In this document: one piece after another, positions 24,310 through 36,799 of the stretch
Position numbering within the stretch: the first letter of the stretch is position 1
Layout: each line of letters starts with the position of its first letter
DNA from: Vicugna vicugna
Taxonomy: Eukaryota
Assembly (NCBI GenBank): GCA_013265495.1
Contig: MU058039.1
Location: 684,591 to 748,590, forward strand
Direction: 5' to 3'
DNA: 64,000 nucleotides
Translations under genes and position numbers: made by a program
The notes under the pieces: generated by a model
Told to the model about the DNA's origin: nothing
Seen by the model: the letters and a program-made list of their open reading frames with translations, nothing else
Database searches by the model: none

Positions 24310-24540
24310 CCTAGAGGTTAAGAGCATGCAATCTGGAGTCAGTCTGCAGGTTTGAACCCAGCTTTATCATTTTCCAACAGTGCACTGGTTCAAGTTTCTT
24401 CATTCTGTGCCTCAGTTTCCTTGTGTGTGAAATGGGGTTCATAATTGTTGTGTGGATCAAATGAACTAATACTAAATAAACATAAAGTGCTTAGAACAAT
24501 GCCAGGTGCATAGTAGGCCCTGTAGAAATGTTAGGCAGTG
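24310..24540 (+). mobile_element. MIR SINE
   Basis: ggttaagagcatgcaatctggagtcag...ctgtgcctcagtttccttgtgtgtgaaatgggg...aaagtgcttagaacaatgcc. Confidence 0.75.
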
Positions 24541-25594
24541 TGATTATTTACTCCCTCGTTCATCAGATGGACTTCTGAGCATCTCTTCCAGATGCCAGCA
24601 CTTCCAGGGAGACAGGAGAGTTGGGGTGGCCCCTGGCCACAGGAGCCGGTCCTGTGAGGGGGCTGAAGCATGTACATGTAGCACCCAACAGGGACGCTAG
24701 GTAGACGGCCTTTCCAGACACCACATCAGCCAGCGGGTAGGCCAGACAGGGAGGGCTCCAGTGGCTCCTCGGAGAGCCAGAAGGGCTGGGGAAATCAGGG
24801 AAGGCCTCACCCAGGAGGTGGCTTGGGAAGTGGGCCTAAGGAAAAGGAAAGACTGGTGCACAAAGAGCATGGCAGTAACTGCAGGCAGAACGCAAGGCCA
24901 AGGCTGAGAGGGAGATGAGGCTGCTCTGGTCACAGGGTGATTGGGAATTAGTTGGGAATCCTGGGGGTTGTTCGGTCTGTGAATTACAGTTGGTTTGTAT
25001 AGAGAAATCATCTTTGAAACCAAGTTTTAAAAAGGAATTGTCTAGAGATGGTGAACCTTTTTGGTCACAAGGAGAAGTCTTTGGAAGAGGAGATCCACAA
25101 CCTCCAGGATGATAATAATGAACCAGTGAGGGGCACTTACTGGACACCATGCCCGGGGCTTTCTTTTCATCCGTCACTGAACCCTCGCAGCCTCCTGTGA
25201 AGCCAGTGGTGACGTTCCCATTGTCCAGAAGAGTCACTTCACCTTCCCATGTATTTGGTCATTGCTCCTTTGGTGGGGTGGGGGGCGGGGGGTGGTTGAG
25301 CACCTGCTACCAGCCCAGTGCTATTCTAGGTGGGGGAGTGAGCAGAGCAGGGGGAGCTCATGCTTCTGGTCTGGGGATGGACAGGCAAACCACTGAATGG
25401 AGAAGCGAGTTGAAGCTACGTTTTATCCAAAGCCAGTACTCTTCACTAAGAATCAAGATGCTACTATAAAGTGGTTAGGAATACAGGCTCACATTCCAGT
25501 CTTATCTCTTCCTGACTCCATGTGACCTTGGACTAGTGACCTCCTCTAGCTCTGATTTCCTTATCTGTAAAATGAGGATCTGGGTAGGACCTCT

Positions 25595-25995
25595 GTCAGT
25601 CAACATTGCACTCTGCTACAAGTAACAGAAAACCAGTGGACAGCAGCTTAAATAAGGCAACATATTCTCTCTTGCACATGGGAAGGAAAGAGTGTGTAGG
25701 TAGACTGGGGCAGGCCATTGACTGGGAGAGAGGGCTCCTGACTCCTTGTGCTGCCATCCTCAGCATATGGCTTTCAGCCTCACACTCCTCCAGATAGGTA
25801 TCCGCATTCCAGGAAGGAGAAGGATGGGAGGGGTGTGCTCCTTTTATTGGAAAGCAATAGCTTTGCCAGAAGGCCCCTTCCCCCACCCCCAGCAGACCTC
25901 CTCTTAACTCTCGTTGACCAGAATGGGACAAACATTTAGCCGTAGCTGCAAGGGAACCTAAGAAAGCAAGCTTCTTGGATGGGCATCCTGCTGCT
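25595..25995 (-). mobile_element. Degraded MaLR/ERVL LTR
   Basis: tgtcagtcaacattgcactctgctacaagtaacagaaaacc...tgctgccatcctcagcatatggctt...tagctgcaagggaacctaagaaag. Confidence 0.6.
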
Positions 25996-28319
25996 CCAAA
26001 CAAATTCGGGCTTCTCAAGGAAGAGAAGGAGAGCAGGTTTGGGTTCAGCAGCCCTCAGTGGAGTCTGTGCAGCCACGAATGCGAAACATTCAGCCTGGTG
26101 CCCAGCCTGGAAGCAGGCCCTGGTGAAGGGTCACAGTGTTCTCACGCCCGAGGGCCCGAGTTCTTGTTCTTGTGATCAGGAAGCACCACCACTTTGTGCC
26201 GTTTCCTTACCTGCCCTTTGGGAGCGACGCTCCTCGCCTTAGAGTGTCCTGAGCAGCACTGTGAAAACGTGGCTGGGAAGGATTTTTGAAATGCATCCCA
26301 CCCCATAAGAGGGCTGGGGCTAGCTGGCTTCTGTTCCGAGAACTGTCAGATTTCTTAAAGCTGAACCCAGCCCTACCAGCTGACTGTCAGCCCAGACATC
26401 TTCCCTGAAATGACTCATCTGTTCATTTCTGTCCCCTTCTTGTCTGAACAGTGTGGGGGCGAGAGCAGGAGTAGTGACCCACCTCTCTACGACCAGATCT
26501 GGCCTGGACCCACCTGGTACTCAGTTTAGGATTGAATGCCCTGACCTCATCTTCCTGTGAGGAAGCAGTCCGTCCCCCTCTCTGCGTCAGCACCACCCCT
26601 GTTCCGGACCAGGCCACTCCTGCCCCCGGCGGGGACAGCTGCCCTGACTCCTAATGGGACTGACTCTGCGGCTTATCGGGCTCATTGCCTCCATGGCAGC
26701 CAGACTGGGTCACTGCCTCCTAAAACTCCAGTGGAGGTCATCTCCCGACTCCTGAACACTCCGGGGTCTTTGCACCTGCTGTCCATTTGGTCCTTCATCT
26801 ACTTCTACCCCTTTCCTTGTTAACTTCTCTTCCTTCAGGGCTTAACCACCACCTTTTTCCACGAAGCCCTCCTGGACCACCCACTCTGCAGCACCCTTTT
26901 CCTGTTCTCCACCAGTTTAGCCTTTCTTTTGTCTCGCTTATTCTGACGTGGATATTTGGTAAATGCACTCAATCCATGTGCGTGTCCCCCTCCAGCCAAA
27001 GGCAGAGAGAGGTCTCCCTCCTTCAGTGCTTTATTACATAGTGAGATCTCAGGAAGCATTCATCTAGTGAATGGAAATCAGTTAAATGAATGAAAACTTA
27101 CTGCTTTGTTCCCCTGATTTTGAAAACATGTTCATTAAAGGAAGGTAATTTGGGAAAATATAGAAAGGCATAAACAGCACGTTTTCAAAAATCACTGGTA
27201 GGCCCAGCACCAAAACCTAACCCCAATTAACTTTTCAGAATATTTTCTCCAATCTTGTTTCTATGACGTTTATATGTATATAAATGTCAGATGTCATAAG
27301 GATATGCACTAATTTATTTGACCATTCTCTGTTGTTGGATATTGAGGTTGGTCCTTTTTTTTTTTTTGCTTTACAACCAATTCCGTGAATTTTTTTTTTC
27401 TTCATCTCTAATTACTTCTTTGAAGTAGCATCACTGGTTCAGAGGGTAAGAACATTTTTAAAAGCTGTTGCCAGATTGCCTCTAGGAAGATTCCATCAAC
27501 TAGGATCATTTAAAAAAAAAAAAAAAGGTTTGTTGTCCTGGAGGTGAGTGGCTGATTTCCTAGCATCCTGGTTTCATTTGATCTCCTGGAGAGCCCCTGC
27601 CCTAGTTGCTGAGGACTCAGTGTCCCCTTCCAGCCTGTTTTCCTCTGCCTTGGCCTTGGCCTGAGTGCAGTCCTGGGAAAGGATGTTTGATTACAGTGTT
27701 GTTCAAACAGAGCTGCAGGCCTTCGCCATCTGTCAGCTGGTGCATGGGCCCAAGAGGAGGCTTTGCACCCAGTCTGGGGTCAAGAGCCCTTCTAGAGCTC
27801 ACTGTGATATCACCAAAGGGATGGGGCTGGGATGCTCGCTCCCTACAGCAGCCTGGCCCCAGAGCCCCCACCCCCTGGAAGCCCTCCTGTATTTCTCTGA
27901 TGGGTACTAGACCCTCCCACTCTGTCCCCATCTGTCACTTGGTGAGTTGTCCCAAAACTGCTGTGAGGTAACCCTGCTTTCCCTGCCTCCCGCCTCCCTG
28001 GGGCGGGACTGTGAGGAAGTGCACATTCCCCCAGGATGTTTGTGTTCTGCAGGTGAAGTGGCCCTGCCGGTTCTGGGAAGTAGAAGCCTCTTATAGGAGA
28101 GAAAGTGAGCCAGGAGAGTGAGAGTGACTGGGGTGACTGTGTGTGTTTGTACGCACCACACACAAAGGCATGAAACTGATCCTCAAGTCTTCAAAGAGGG
28201 TCTGCAAAGGTCAGATAGCTGAGACTTTGAAATATATTTACCTATTTGTAAAAATTACATATCTAATCCAACAGTAGCATCTCATTGTTTAGAAAAAATT
28301 CATACAATGCAAAAGATCT

Positions 28320-28720
28320 TAAAAACTTTGATGCTGGAAAACATAACATACACACTGAGAAGTACGTAAGATGTAAATGTACGGTTCAGTGAACAGTTAT
28401 AAAGCAAGCACTCCTCTAACCCCCAGATCAAGAAAGAATTTTGCCAGCTCCCGAGTAGCCTCTGTGTCCCTTCCCTGTCAGAACCCTCTCCCTCTCCCTC
28501 TCCCAGAAGCCATTCCTCTCAGGACTTCCATGGTCACCATTTCTTGCTTTGGAAGCTGGGTCACCTATGTGAGCAGCTCTGCATAACATGGTTCCATTTT
28601 GCCTGTTTTTGAACTTCATATAAAGGGAATCATAACCCATATATGTTGTTCTGTGTCTGGTTTTTTTTTGCTCAGGATCATGTCTGCGAGATAGTCCTGG
28701 CTTTGATGTTAGCGCATTTC
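28320..28720 (-). mobile_element. L1ME-like 3' fragment
   Basis: aacataacatacacactgagaagtac...ccccagatcaagaaagaattttgccagc...ttttgcctgtttttgaacttcatataaagggaatcata. Confidence 0.7.
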
Positions 28721-29409
28721 TGCTATTAAAGCTCGTTTTCATTGATATACCGACAAGTTTTACAAATTTTCTTATTTGTGCCTTTTGTTTGATGAGTATT
28801 AGGGAAAAAAATGACTTTAACACTGATGTTTTTAAGGCTTTAATAAGTGAGTTAGTTGAAAGGATCATCTTAAGTAAATAATAGTACAGGTGGTCTGCTG
28901 GTGTGTCAGTGGGGGCGCATGACTTTGAGAAGTTTGGGAACTTCAAGGTCTAGGACAAGATGATGACAAGTGTACACATACTGCCACTCCCCTCCCTGGG
29001 GTGACTGCTTACAGCTGGAGGTCAGCTTTCCAGATCTTAGCTCTGTTGACCTAGGTGGCTATAATATAGATATAAAGTAGGTAGCTGGGATTTTTTTTTT
29101 TTAGTACTTTTTGTTGTTAAGAGAGTATGCCATTCTCCTAAATTACTTCTTCCTGGTTTCTGAGTTTGTTCTCTAATTAAAGCAGCCAATTTCCTTATAA
29201 GATTGCATTTCAAGGGCAGGGTAAGACTGGATATATATATGGTCTTGGCCTGTAGATGTTGGGAACTTGGAATCTGGAAGGGAATTGACAGAGAGACCAA
29301 GCAGAGGCTGCCAGCCTGGGATGCATCCTTAGTAGTAGATTAACATGGAATTGTGACTCGGGGCCTGAAATGTGCAGAGTTGTGGTGTGGCCATTTGCGT
29401 ATGCTCATG

Positions 29410-29640
29410 TGTGAGAGACAGGGATGAGGACAAGGGATGACAAGGAGCAATGAAAACAGGGACACAGAGAGGTAGAGCAGAGACACAGAAACGGGACAGA
29501 AATGTAATAGATAGGGACAGGGACACAGAAACATGAGACCAGTTGTCTGGTTAACTTGCTGGTTGGTTAGCTGGTTATGTGGTTGGCTGGCTCATTGGTT
29601 TTCTGGCTGGGTAGCTGACTGGTTGCCTGGTTGGTTTTGT
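29410..29640. repeat. Low-complexity tract: GA-rich (gacagrr-like) block followed by degenerate (TGGY)n
   Basis: Purine-rich 29410-29540, then tggttggttagctggtt...tggctggctc...tggttggtttt. Confidence 0.7.
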
Positions 29641-31749
29641 TTTTTGGGGTGTTTTTATGGACTCAGGAGATACTCCTGGAGGACTCCCCCAATTCGCCGT
29701 GTGCCTGGGGACAGAGCTCTCAGTAGTGGCTGCAGGCATTTGGGTGTCTGACCACCCCTCTTGCCATGAAGGCACTATGAGTGCAGCTGCTTTGTCTTCA
29801 TTATTAGTACTGTTTTTAAGCCCTGGATGAGGATGTTGGAGTGCTGATTACATGCCATTGCTGTGGGGGGAGGTCCTCGTGGGGCTCATCTCAGGCTCCT
29901 CCTACAGTCCCACAGCGAGGGGGTGGGGAGGGCTGCTCTCCTCTCTGGTCCATGCTGGGGCCAGGGTTTGATCCCAGGCAATCTGACTCCAGGGCATGAG
30001 CCTAATTTCTGCCTTAAAGTCATTCCAGGACAGAGGGCCTACATTTATCAAGCACCCACCATGTTCACAGCTCTATCCCTCCTTTCTTAGAGGTGACAAT
30101 AGTGACAGTGGACATAGGGTCACCCACCTGGGTTCAAGCCCGAGCTCCGCCTTTTACCTGACCAGGTGATCTTAAGCACGTAACTTGCCGCTCTGAGCCT
30201 CAGTGTTCCTTTCTGTAAAGTGGAGAGAAGAGCGGGGCCCTCCCCCGGGATGCTGCACTGGTGGAGTAGGGCCAGGTGGGAGGCCAGCGCTTCTTAGCGG
30301 GGCTGCCGTTGTTAACGTGTAGCTTAGGGAACTGGACCATTAGAGCCTCCAGCCTGGGCTACAGGCTCCGTAAGCTTGACAGCTTGTCCTCTTACATGCA
30401 GTGACCCCATGAGTGGTCACAGGGCAGCCAGGTTCAGACCCCTACTCCTCCAACTTTGGGCAAGTATTGTATCGGAGCCTTGGTTTCCCCATTTTGAAAT
30501 GGAGGTGATGAGAACACTGCCTCTGAATATCATTAGGAAGCTTAAGTTCAGTGTTTTGTCCTAAGAGCTTTGCAGGGGGCCTGGTGCTCTGTTAGGGTGA
30601 TTCCTGCTGGCAGCTGGGCACCATCCAGGGTAACAAGGCCCAGCTCTGTGTGTCCCCCTCCCCACCTCCCCTCCACCACGGGAGCCTTCTTGGCCATGGT
30701 TTTCCTCACGGGCTCCACTGCCCCCTCACCCCACGCCGGGGCTGTCCTCAGGTGAGGACAAGCAGCGCCCGAGACGCCTCCGGCCTGGACCCCCAAGAGC
30801 AGGATGGAAAGAACAGGGCTTTAGCAGATGTTCTTTGACAAGGATTCCCTGGCTCTGTTTAATCAAGACTGTCAAATATTGATTTAATCTCCAGGCCCAA
30901 CAGATGTGATCTTAGCAGGTTTCAGTGGCAATTAGCTGGGATTAGTTAGCAAGTTAGGCTCCATGCTGACAGGACACCATCTTCTAAAGGCAGCTTGGCC
31001 CAGCCACAGGAGTGAGCCCTGTAGGGGGACGTACTAAATGTTTAACCACCCGTCTGACCTGGACAGCAGCAGCTGTGACAGTAGACTCAGAAGCTGGATC
31101 TTTGAAGCCCTGGTGGGGCCCAGTGCTACCCCACACAGTAATGGTGGGAACACTCGGGGTTCAAGGCTGCAGCCGTTTACTGAAAACCTTCAGTATCGAA
31201 ATAAATGGCATGGCCACGCCAGCACATGTGGCTTGACTCTGGGCCTGGCTAGAGCCAGGAGATCCTCGAGGGCTGTCTGGCTGCCTGGCTGCCTGGAGCC
31301 GTGGTTGTGCCCCTGATTAGGTCTCCCTAGAAGGGGGTCCCCTGACCACAGAGGTCCCCAGCCCCGCTCTGCCACTTTATCCTCACTCCCCAAGCATGGC
31401 TACAGCTCCTGGGTGGGCCTGGCGCCTGTGCCATGCTCCAGGAAGTATCCTTTTTTAATTTTGCAGTTCAAAGTCTCATTTGAACTGAGTGGGACTACCC
31501 AGAATTGGAACAAGATGCTCACTCCACATGTGCTTCACAGGAGGTAGTGACACCCTTGCCTAACCCACCCGACCCCACAGGGACTCGAAAGTGGGTACCT
31601 CCCCTGGCCCTGGCTCTGGGGCCACCAGGAAGGAGGGGCTGACCCTTCCTCTTGTTCAAGGTGGGCCACCACAGGCTGCCTGGCTCCTGAGCCCAGGGGA
31701 ACCAGGGTTCATTCCCAGGCCATGTTTGGTCCTTTTTATTTGCTTAAGG

Positions 31750-31753
<4 letters not shown>

Positions 31754-31787
<34 letters not shown>

Positions 31788-31862
31788 CATCATCATCATC
31801 ATCATCATTATTATTATTACTACTACTACTACTGCTGCTGCTGTTACTGCTACTACTACAAC
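31754..31862. repeat. Compound trinucleotide microsatellite (TTA)n(TCA)n(TTA)n(CTA)n(CTG)n
   Basis: Directly visible; source of the spurious poly-Ile/Thr/Ala ORF. Confidence 0.95.
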
Positions 31863-31869
31863 ATAAGTG

Positions 31870-32095
31870 AAAATGATTATAGCTAATACTTACATGTCAC
31901 TTTGTGCCAGGGATATTCTAAGTCTCTACACGTTCGTTCACTCATAATATCCCTAAGAGTTAAGCCTCATTATCTGCATTTTACAGATGGGAAAACTGAG
32001 GTATAAGGAGGCTAAGTCACCTGCCCAAGGTCTAACTAAGTGGCAGAGGTGGGAATTAAACCAAGTGGTCTTTGCTTTTAACCACTGTGCTATAG
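31870..32095 (-). mobile_element. MIR SINE
   Basis: cattttacagatgggaaaactgaggtataaggaggctaagtcacctgcccaagg core. Confidence 0.75.
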
Positions 32096-33688
32096 CTATC
32101 CTATCAGGAAACATCTCCAAGATCTGGTAATAAGAAAAGCAACTATGAAGATATTAACCCTTTTATTTTTTAAAAAAATTATCTTTCTATATAAGCATTT
32201 ACTGCAGTTTAGGCATTTGGGATAAAAGTACGACTTCCGTTTTGCTGAGGAGCACGTGAACATGAGGTGGCATGCCCCTTCCATCCGTGGGTTTGGGTGT
32301 GAGCATCTTGCCGGGCCGCAGAGGAATCTCCGCTTGGAAAGACACATATTTTTCGGCCTCCATGGCCCTAGGGGCAAGGTTGGTGTGGGGACTGGCTCAA
32401 CCCAGGGGGTAGTGCGGCAGAGCTTTCGCTCGGTCCCCAGCCCTCCCCCACACCCCACTTCCCCTAGCCTGAGGCGCCCCTCTCCTCTGCAGTTGTGAGC
32501 ATTTCCTTGTAGATTTACAGAGAAAGGTCTGGAAGAAGACACGGAAAACCTGTTGACAGGGCTTCTCTCCAGGGTTTAGATCCCAGGCAGGGCCTCACAG
32601 GGGTCCGGAAGAGGACCTGGAACTTACATGCTTGTGAAAATTCATACACAGACATGGAGGAGTTGTGTTTTTGTTTTTGTTTTTTAAGTTTTCCTTTGTC
32701 TCCATCCCACTTTACTCCTTAGAAGTAACCACTGTTAGCAGTTTGATGGATGTCTTCCTAGACCATTTCTTGTACATTTTATAGAATTTATGTACACACT
32801 CACACTAACAAAATCTGCCCCCCTTTTATTTAAACCAAATGGGGTCATGCAATACAAACTATCCCACAACTGGCCACTTTCCCTTCTCAAGTGGCAGCAT
32901 GGAATATGAGTATGAGCTAGGAAGCCAGATCGCCCGGCTTCAAATCCCAGTGCCCTGCTCTCTAGTTGAGCAACCCAAGGCAAGTTACTCAGCCTCTCTG
33001 GACTCGGTTGCATGGGCTTTGAACTCAGTACGGTCCCTCAGTCAGCCCTCCCTCACGGGCTTGTCATGAGGATGCAGTGGGTGAGTGTGTGGAAAGGCAT
33101 TGCGCCTGCTACACATAAGCACTCAGTAGGTGTGAGCTCTGCGCGTTCCCTGGGCGCCAGCTGGGCAATCTGCATGACACAGCTGCCTCATGCTTTATTA
33201 TGGTGGCCGCACCTGCCGTGGAATGAAGGCTCCCAGATCGCCTTCACCCATCCCTGCTCTCGGGCATCTATGCTATCCCCAGCTCTTCCTGTCACAGCAG
33301 TGCAGCAAGCGTGGGCGCCGTCCATCTCTCAGTGTGCACTGGGGTGAGTATCTGAGGCACAGATTCCTAGAAGGGAAATTGCTGGATTCAACTAAAACAA
33401 TATGCACACCTCAAATTTCAGTGTGTTAATTCCAATTCATTCTTCCAGTTCCCCCAAGGGAAAAAAAATTACACCGATTTACATTCTTAGAAACAGGACA
33501 GGCCGCTCCAGAGCTCTGGCCTGTGTGGGAGCCTGGCCAGTTTGACTGTGGAAGCTGTACACGGCTGCCCTCGACTCCTGGGTAGGAATGTGGACCCCTC
33601 CTGGATGCCCTGGAAGGTTTAAGTTAGAAACACCCATCCGTTGTGTTCTTTGACATTAAATATGAAAGTGCAGGTTCTCACAGCACGA

Positions 33689-34530
33689 TGTCGTGGTATA
33701 ATAAGAAAAATATTTTGATTTTCATCCAGGTTCCCAGCGCAAGAGCTTCCTAAAACCCTTGGAATTTCCTGAGAGATATGGTTGATACTGTCTTTTGTTA
33801 TTCAAAATAAGCTCCTTTCAACCATACCTGAGTTTATACTAAAGAGATGACTCTTGGTGGACCCCTAAATACTTCAGGAAGGTGGCTGGTTGCCAGAGGG
33901 ACCAACCACATGATCAGAGGGTTGGAACTTTTGAGCCCCACCCCTCCGACCTCTGGGAAGGGAAGAGGGGCTGCAGGTTGAGTTAATCACCAATAACCAG
34001 TGATTTGATCAACTGTGCCTTCATAAAGGGACCTTCACGATACCATAAACAGCAGGGTTTGGAGAGCTTCTAGGTTGGTGAGCACATCCACGTGCTGGGA
34101 GGGTGACGCACTGCACCTCCACAGGAACAGAAGCTTCTGTACTTGGGACCCTTCTGGACCTGGTCCTGTATATCTCTTCTGGCTGTTCATTCGTATCCTT
34201 CATAATAAACCAGTAATAGTAAGTCACGTGTTTCCTTGAATTCTGTGAGCTGTTATAGCAAACTGTTGAACTTGAGGAGCGGGTCGTGGGAACTTCTGAT
34301 TTATAGCCAAGTCAGGCAGAAGTGTGGGTAACCTGGGGACTCACCACTTGCAGTTGGGGTCTGAAGTGGGGACAGTCTTATGGGACTGAGCCCTTACCTG
34401 TGGAGTCTGTGGAGTAGTTGGTGTCATGATTGAATTAAACTGTAGGACACCCAATTGAAGAATTGCTTGGTATAGATAACCCACACATTTGGTGTCAGAA
34501 TTGTTGAGAGTTCAGAACAGATCATAGTAG
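33689..34530 (+). mobile_element. MER21-like ERVL solo LTR, sense
   Basis: agagcttcctaaaacccttggaatttcctgag...gtcttttgttattca...ggctggttgccagagggaccaaccacatgatcagagggttggaacttt...tccttcataataaaccagtaa...acacatttggtgtcagaa match the recalled MER21 consensus. Confidence 0.8.
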
Positions 34531-35599
34531 TTTATGGCCATGGTCAAGGCCCTGCTCACTGTTTTTTAGGCTGATGGAGCAGAGACTCAGCGATGATACT
34601 TTCTAATGAGATTTCTGAGATTTCCATCCATCTTGCTTCCTGGAGGAGCTCTAAAGTGGTCCTGCGTATGCTCAAATTTCCAATAAAGTGGGGAAAGATA
34701 CAGGGAAGTGGGACAGAAAAGAAATTCTTAACCTAAAATCTGCTGAGCTGTTGCTGACTTTCTAGAGTTTTGTCCTCATGAATTGACTTTGAAGATAACT
34801 TGCATCATTCGTGTATTCACACAACACATTCATTAGACCTGCCTCATCTCTTACTTAGAGTGTAGTGGTGAAGGTGTGGGAGCCAGACTGTCGGGGTTGG
34901 AGTCACAGCCGCTCCACCTACCAGCCTTGTGAATTGGCCATGTTACCTTTGCCTGATCTGTGGAATGGACGTGCTAGAAATCCTGACTTTATAAAGCTCT
35001 TACAACACACATGTTAATACACCCAACATGTGCGGCCCTGCCCCTGGCACATGGAGAGAACTCATAAGGTGTTAGCCTTACTGTTTTAAACATCACCACC
35101 CTCCCCTCTCCATGACCCACACAGCAAGAACATGTATGTTGGACCCCAGTCCACCACAGACTTGGAGCTGTTCAAGGTCTAAGGAGCACAAAAGATACTC
35201 AGAGGCTTAAAAGTCCAGTGGACTAATAACTCTTGTAGTCGAGAGTGTGCAAACCAGACCCCTGGGAGCCTGAGGTGCAGAGGGGGTGGCGGAGAAGTCA
35301 TGGTAGGACAGCAGCACTGGGGGCCGAGGGGCGTGGACAAGGCTCCCTGGAGCAGCAGTCCCCTGAAATCCCCCTGCAGTGGTCACCAGTGCCCTTCGGA
35401 CCAATCATTGTCACCAAAGGTGACCCTCTCAGCTGCATCCAACCCTGGGGACCACGTGGCCCTCCCCAGACTCCCCGCCAGGGCCTCTGTCACAGCCACT
35501 CTCCTGCCTCTGGCGGGCGTGCTCACTTCCTCTGGCACTTCCAGCTTCTCAAGGCTCAGTGTCGGGCCCTCCTCCCTTTGCTCTGTTTTCTGTCCTCAG

Positions 35600-35760
35600 T
35601 CCCAGCTGCATATTAGAATCAGCTGCAGAGCTTTTAAAAGACACTCAGGCCCAGGCCAGCTGATTCAGACTCTCTGGGGGTTGGGTGTGAACACCTGTAT
35701 TTTTCCCGAGCTCCCCTGGTGCCTCTCCTGGGCAGCGGGGTGGGGGAGAACCCCGGACAA
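35600..35760. mobile_element. MER5A-like MITE
   Basis: cagctgcatattagaatcagctgcagagcttttaaaa...ctgattcag...ctgtatttttcccgagctcccctggtg. Confidence 0.55.
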
Positions 35761-36799
35761 CCCCAGAGGCCCCGTCCGCTGGCCACGCCCGGCTTTCCTG
35801 CCCGAGCACGTCAGCCGCGCTCATCAGCGCACCTGGGCTTGGCAGGCACCCCCTCTTCAATGCAGATCCCAGTCAGGGGCACCCCTTCCCTGAGCCCTCC
35901 CCACCTCCTCCCATCTCAGGTAGCCTCGGCCCCACCCTGTCACAGCACTGCATTTTCTTCCTCTCTAGCTGACTACCCTTTGAAGTGCCCTTGTTTTCTG
36001 TCTCTGTTTACTTATTTCTCTGGCTTCCTTCTACCAGAAGTAAGTTCTTAAGAGCCTGGGCGTGGTCTGTCCCGCTCAGGGCTGTATCTTCAGCACCTGC
36101 AACAGGAGTGCATAGTAGATGCGTTAAGAAATTTATTGAATAATTGAATGGATTGTGAGTGCTTAGTGTTGGTGGAATGAATGAATGAGTTCTACATGCC
36201 TGGTTAATGTTGAGCAAGTGAATAAGCTTTTAGTACTTTTGGGACTGAATGATTTTTTTGGACTGAACGATTTCTAAGAATGTGGTGGGTGTCTGTTGTA
36301 TGGGTGAATGAGTGAATGAATGAGTTTTAAGGACTAACTAGCTTTTACTGGACAGATGAATGACACATATGTGCCTGGAAACTGCTGAATTGCCAGTGCG
36401 TTTCTGGGGAGCCGTCACCCCCACCGTGGGCCTCTGAGAGGAGCCCTTAGACTTGGTGCCACAACCCTGAGCTACCCAGAGCTCTGGGGTCCCACTGAGC
36501 CCCCATGGCAATGAGTAGATCATGTTTCCATGAAGGAGAAACACCTGGAGTAGCTCAGGGCGGCCCTGGACACAGAAGGCTGTATAGGAAGGAGACCCTA
36601 GATACCTGCCTGCCCCCTCTCATCCAAAGGCCTGTGACAGGGCAGTGTGTACACACACACACACACACCCCTACTCCGCACATTGCTTTCAGCTTCTTCC
36701 CAGTGGCAGACACACTTGGGCACCACACATGTCCTTCCTACCCTCAGGTCACAGACCCCAGCGGAGACAGTGCTCCCTGGTCCAGAATGAGGTTGTGAT

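Noticed and set aside
31591..31866. ORF with poly-Ile/Thr/Ala tail
   Set aside because: Translation of a trinucleotide microsatellite.
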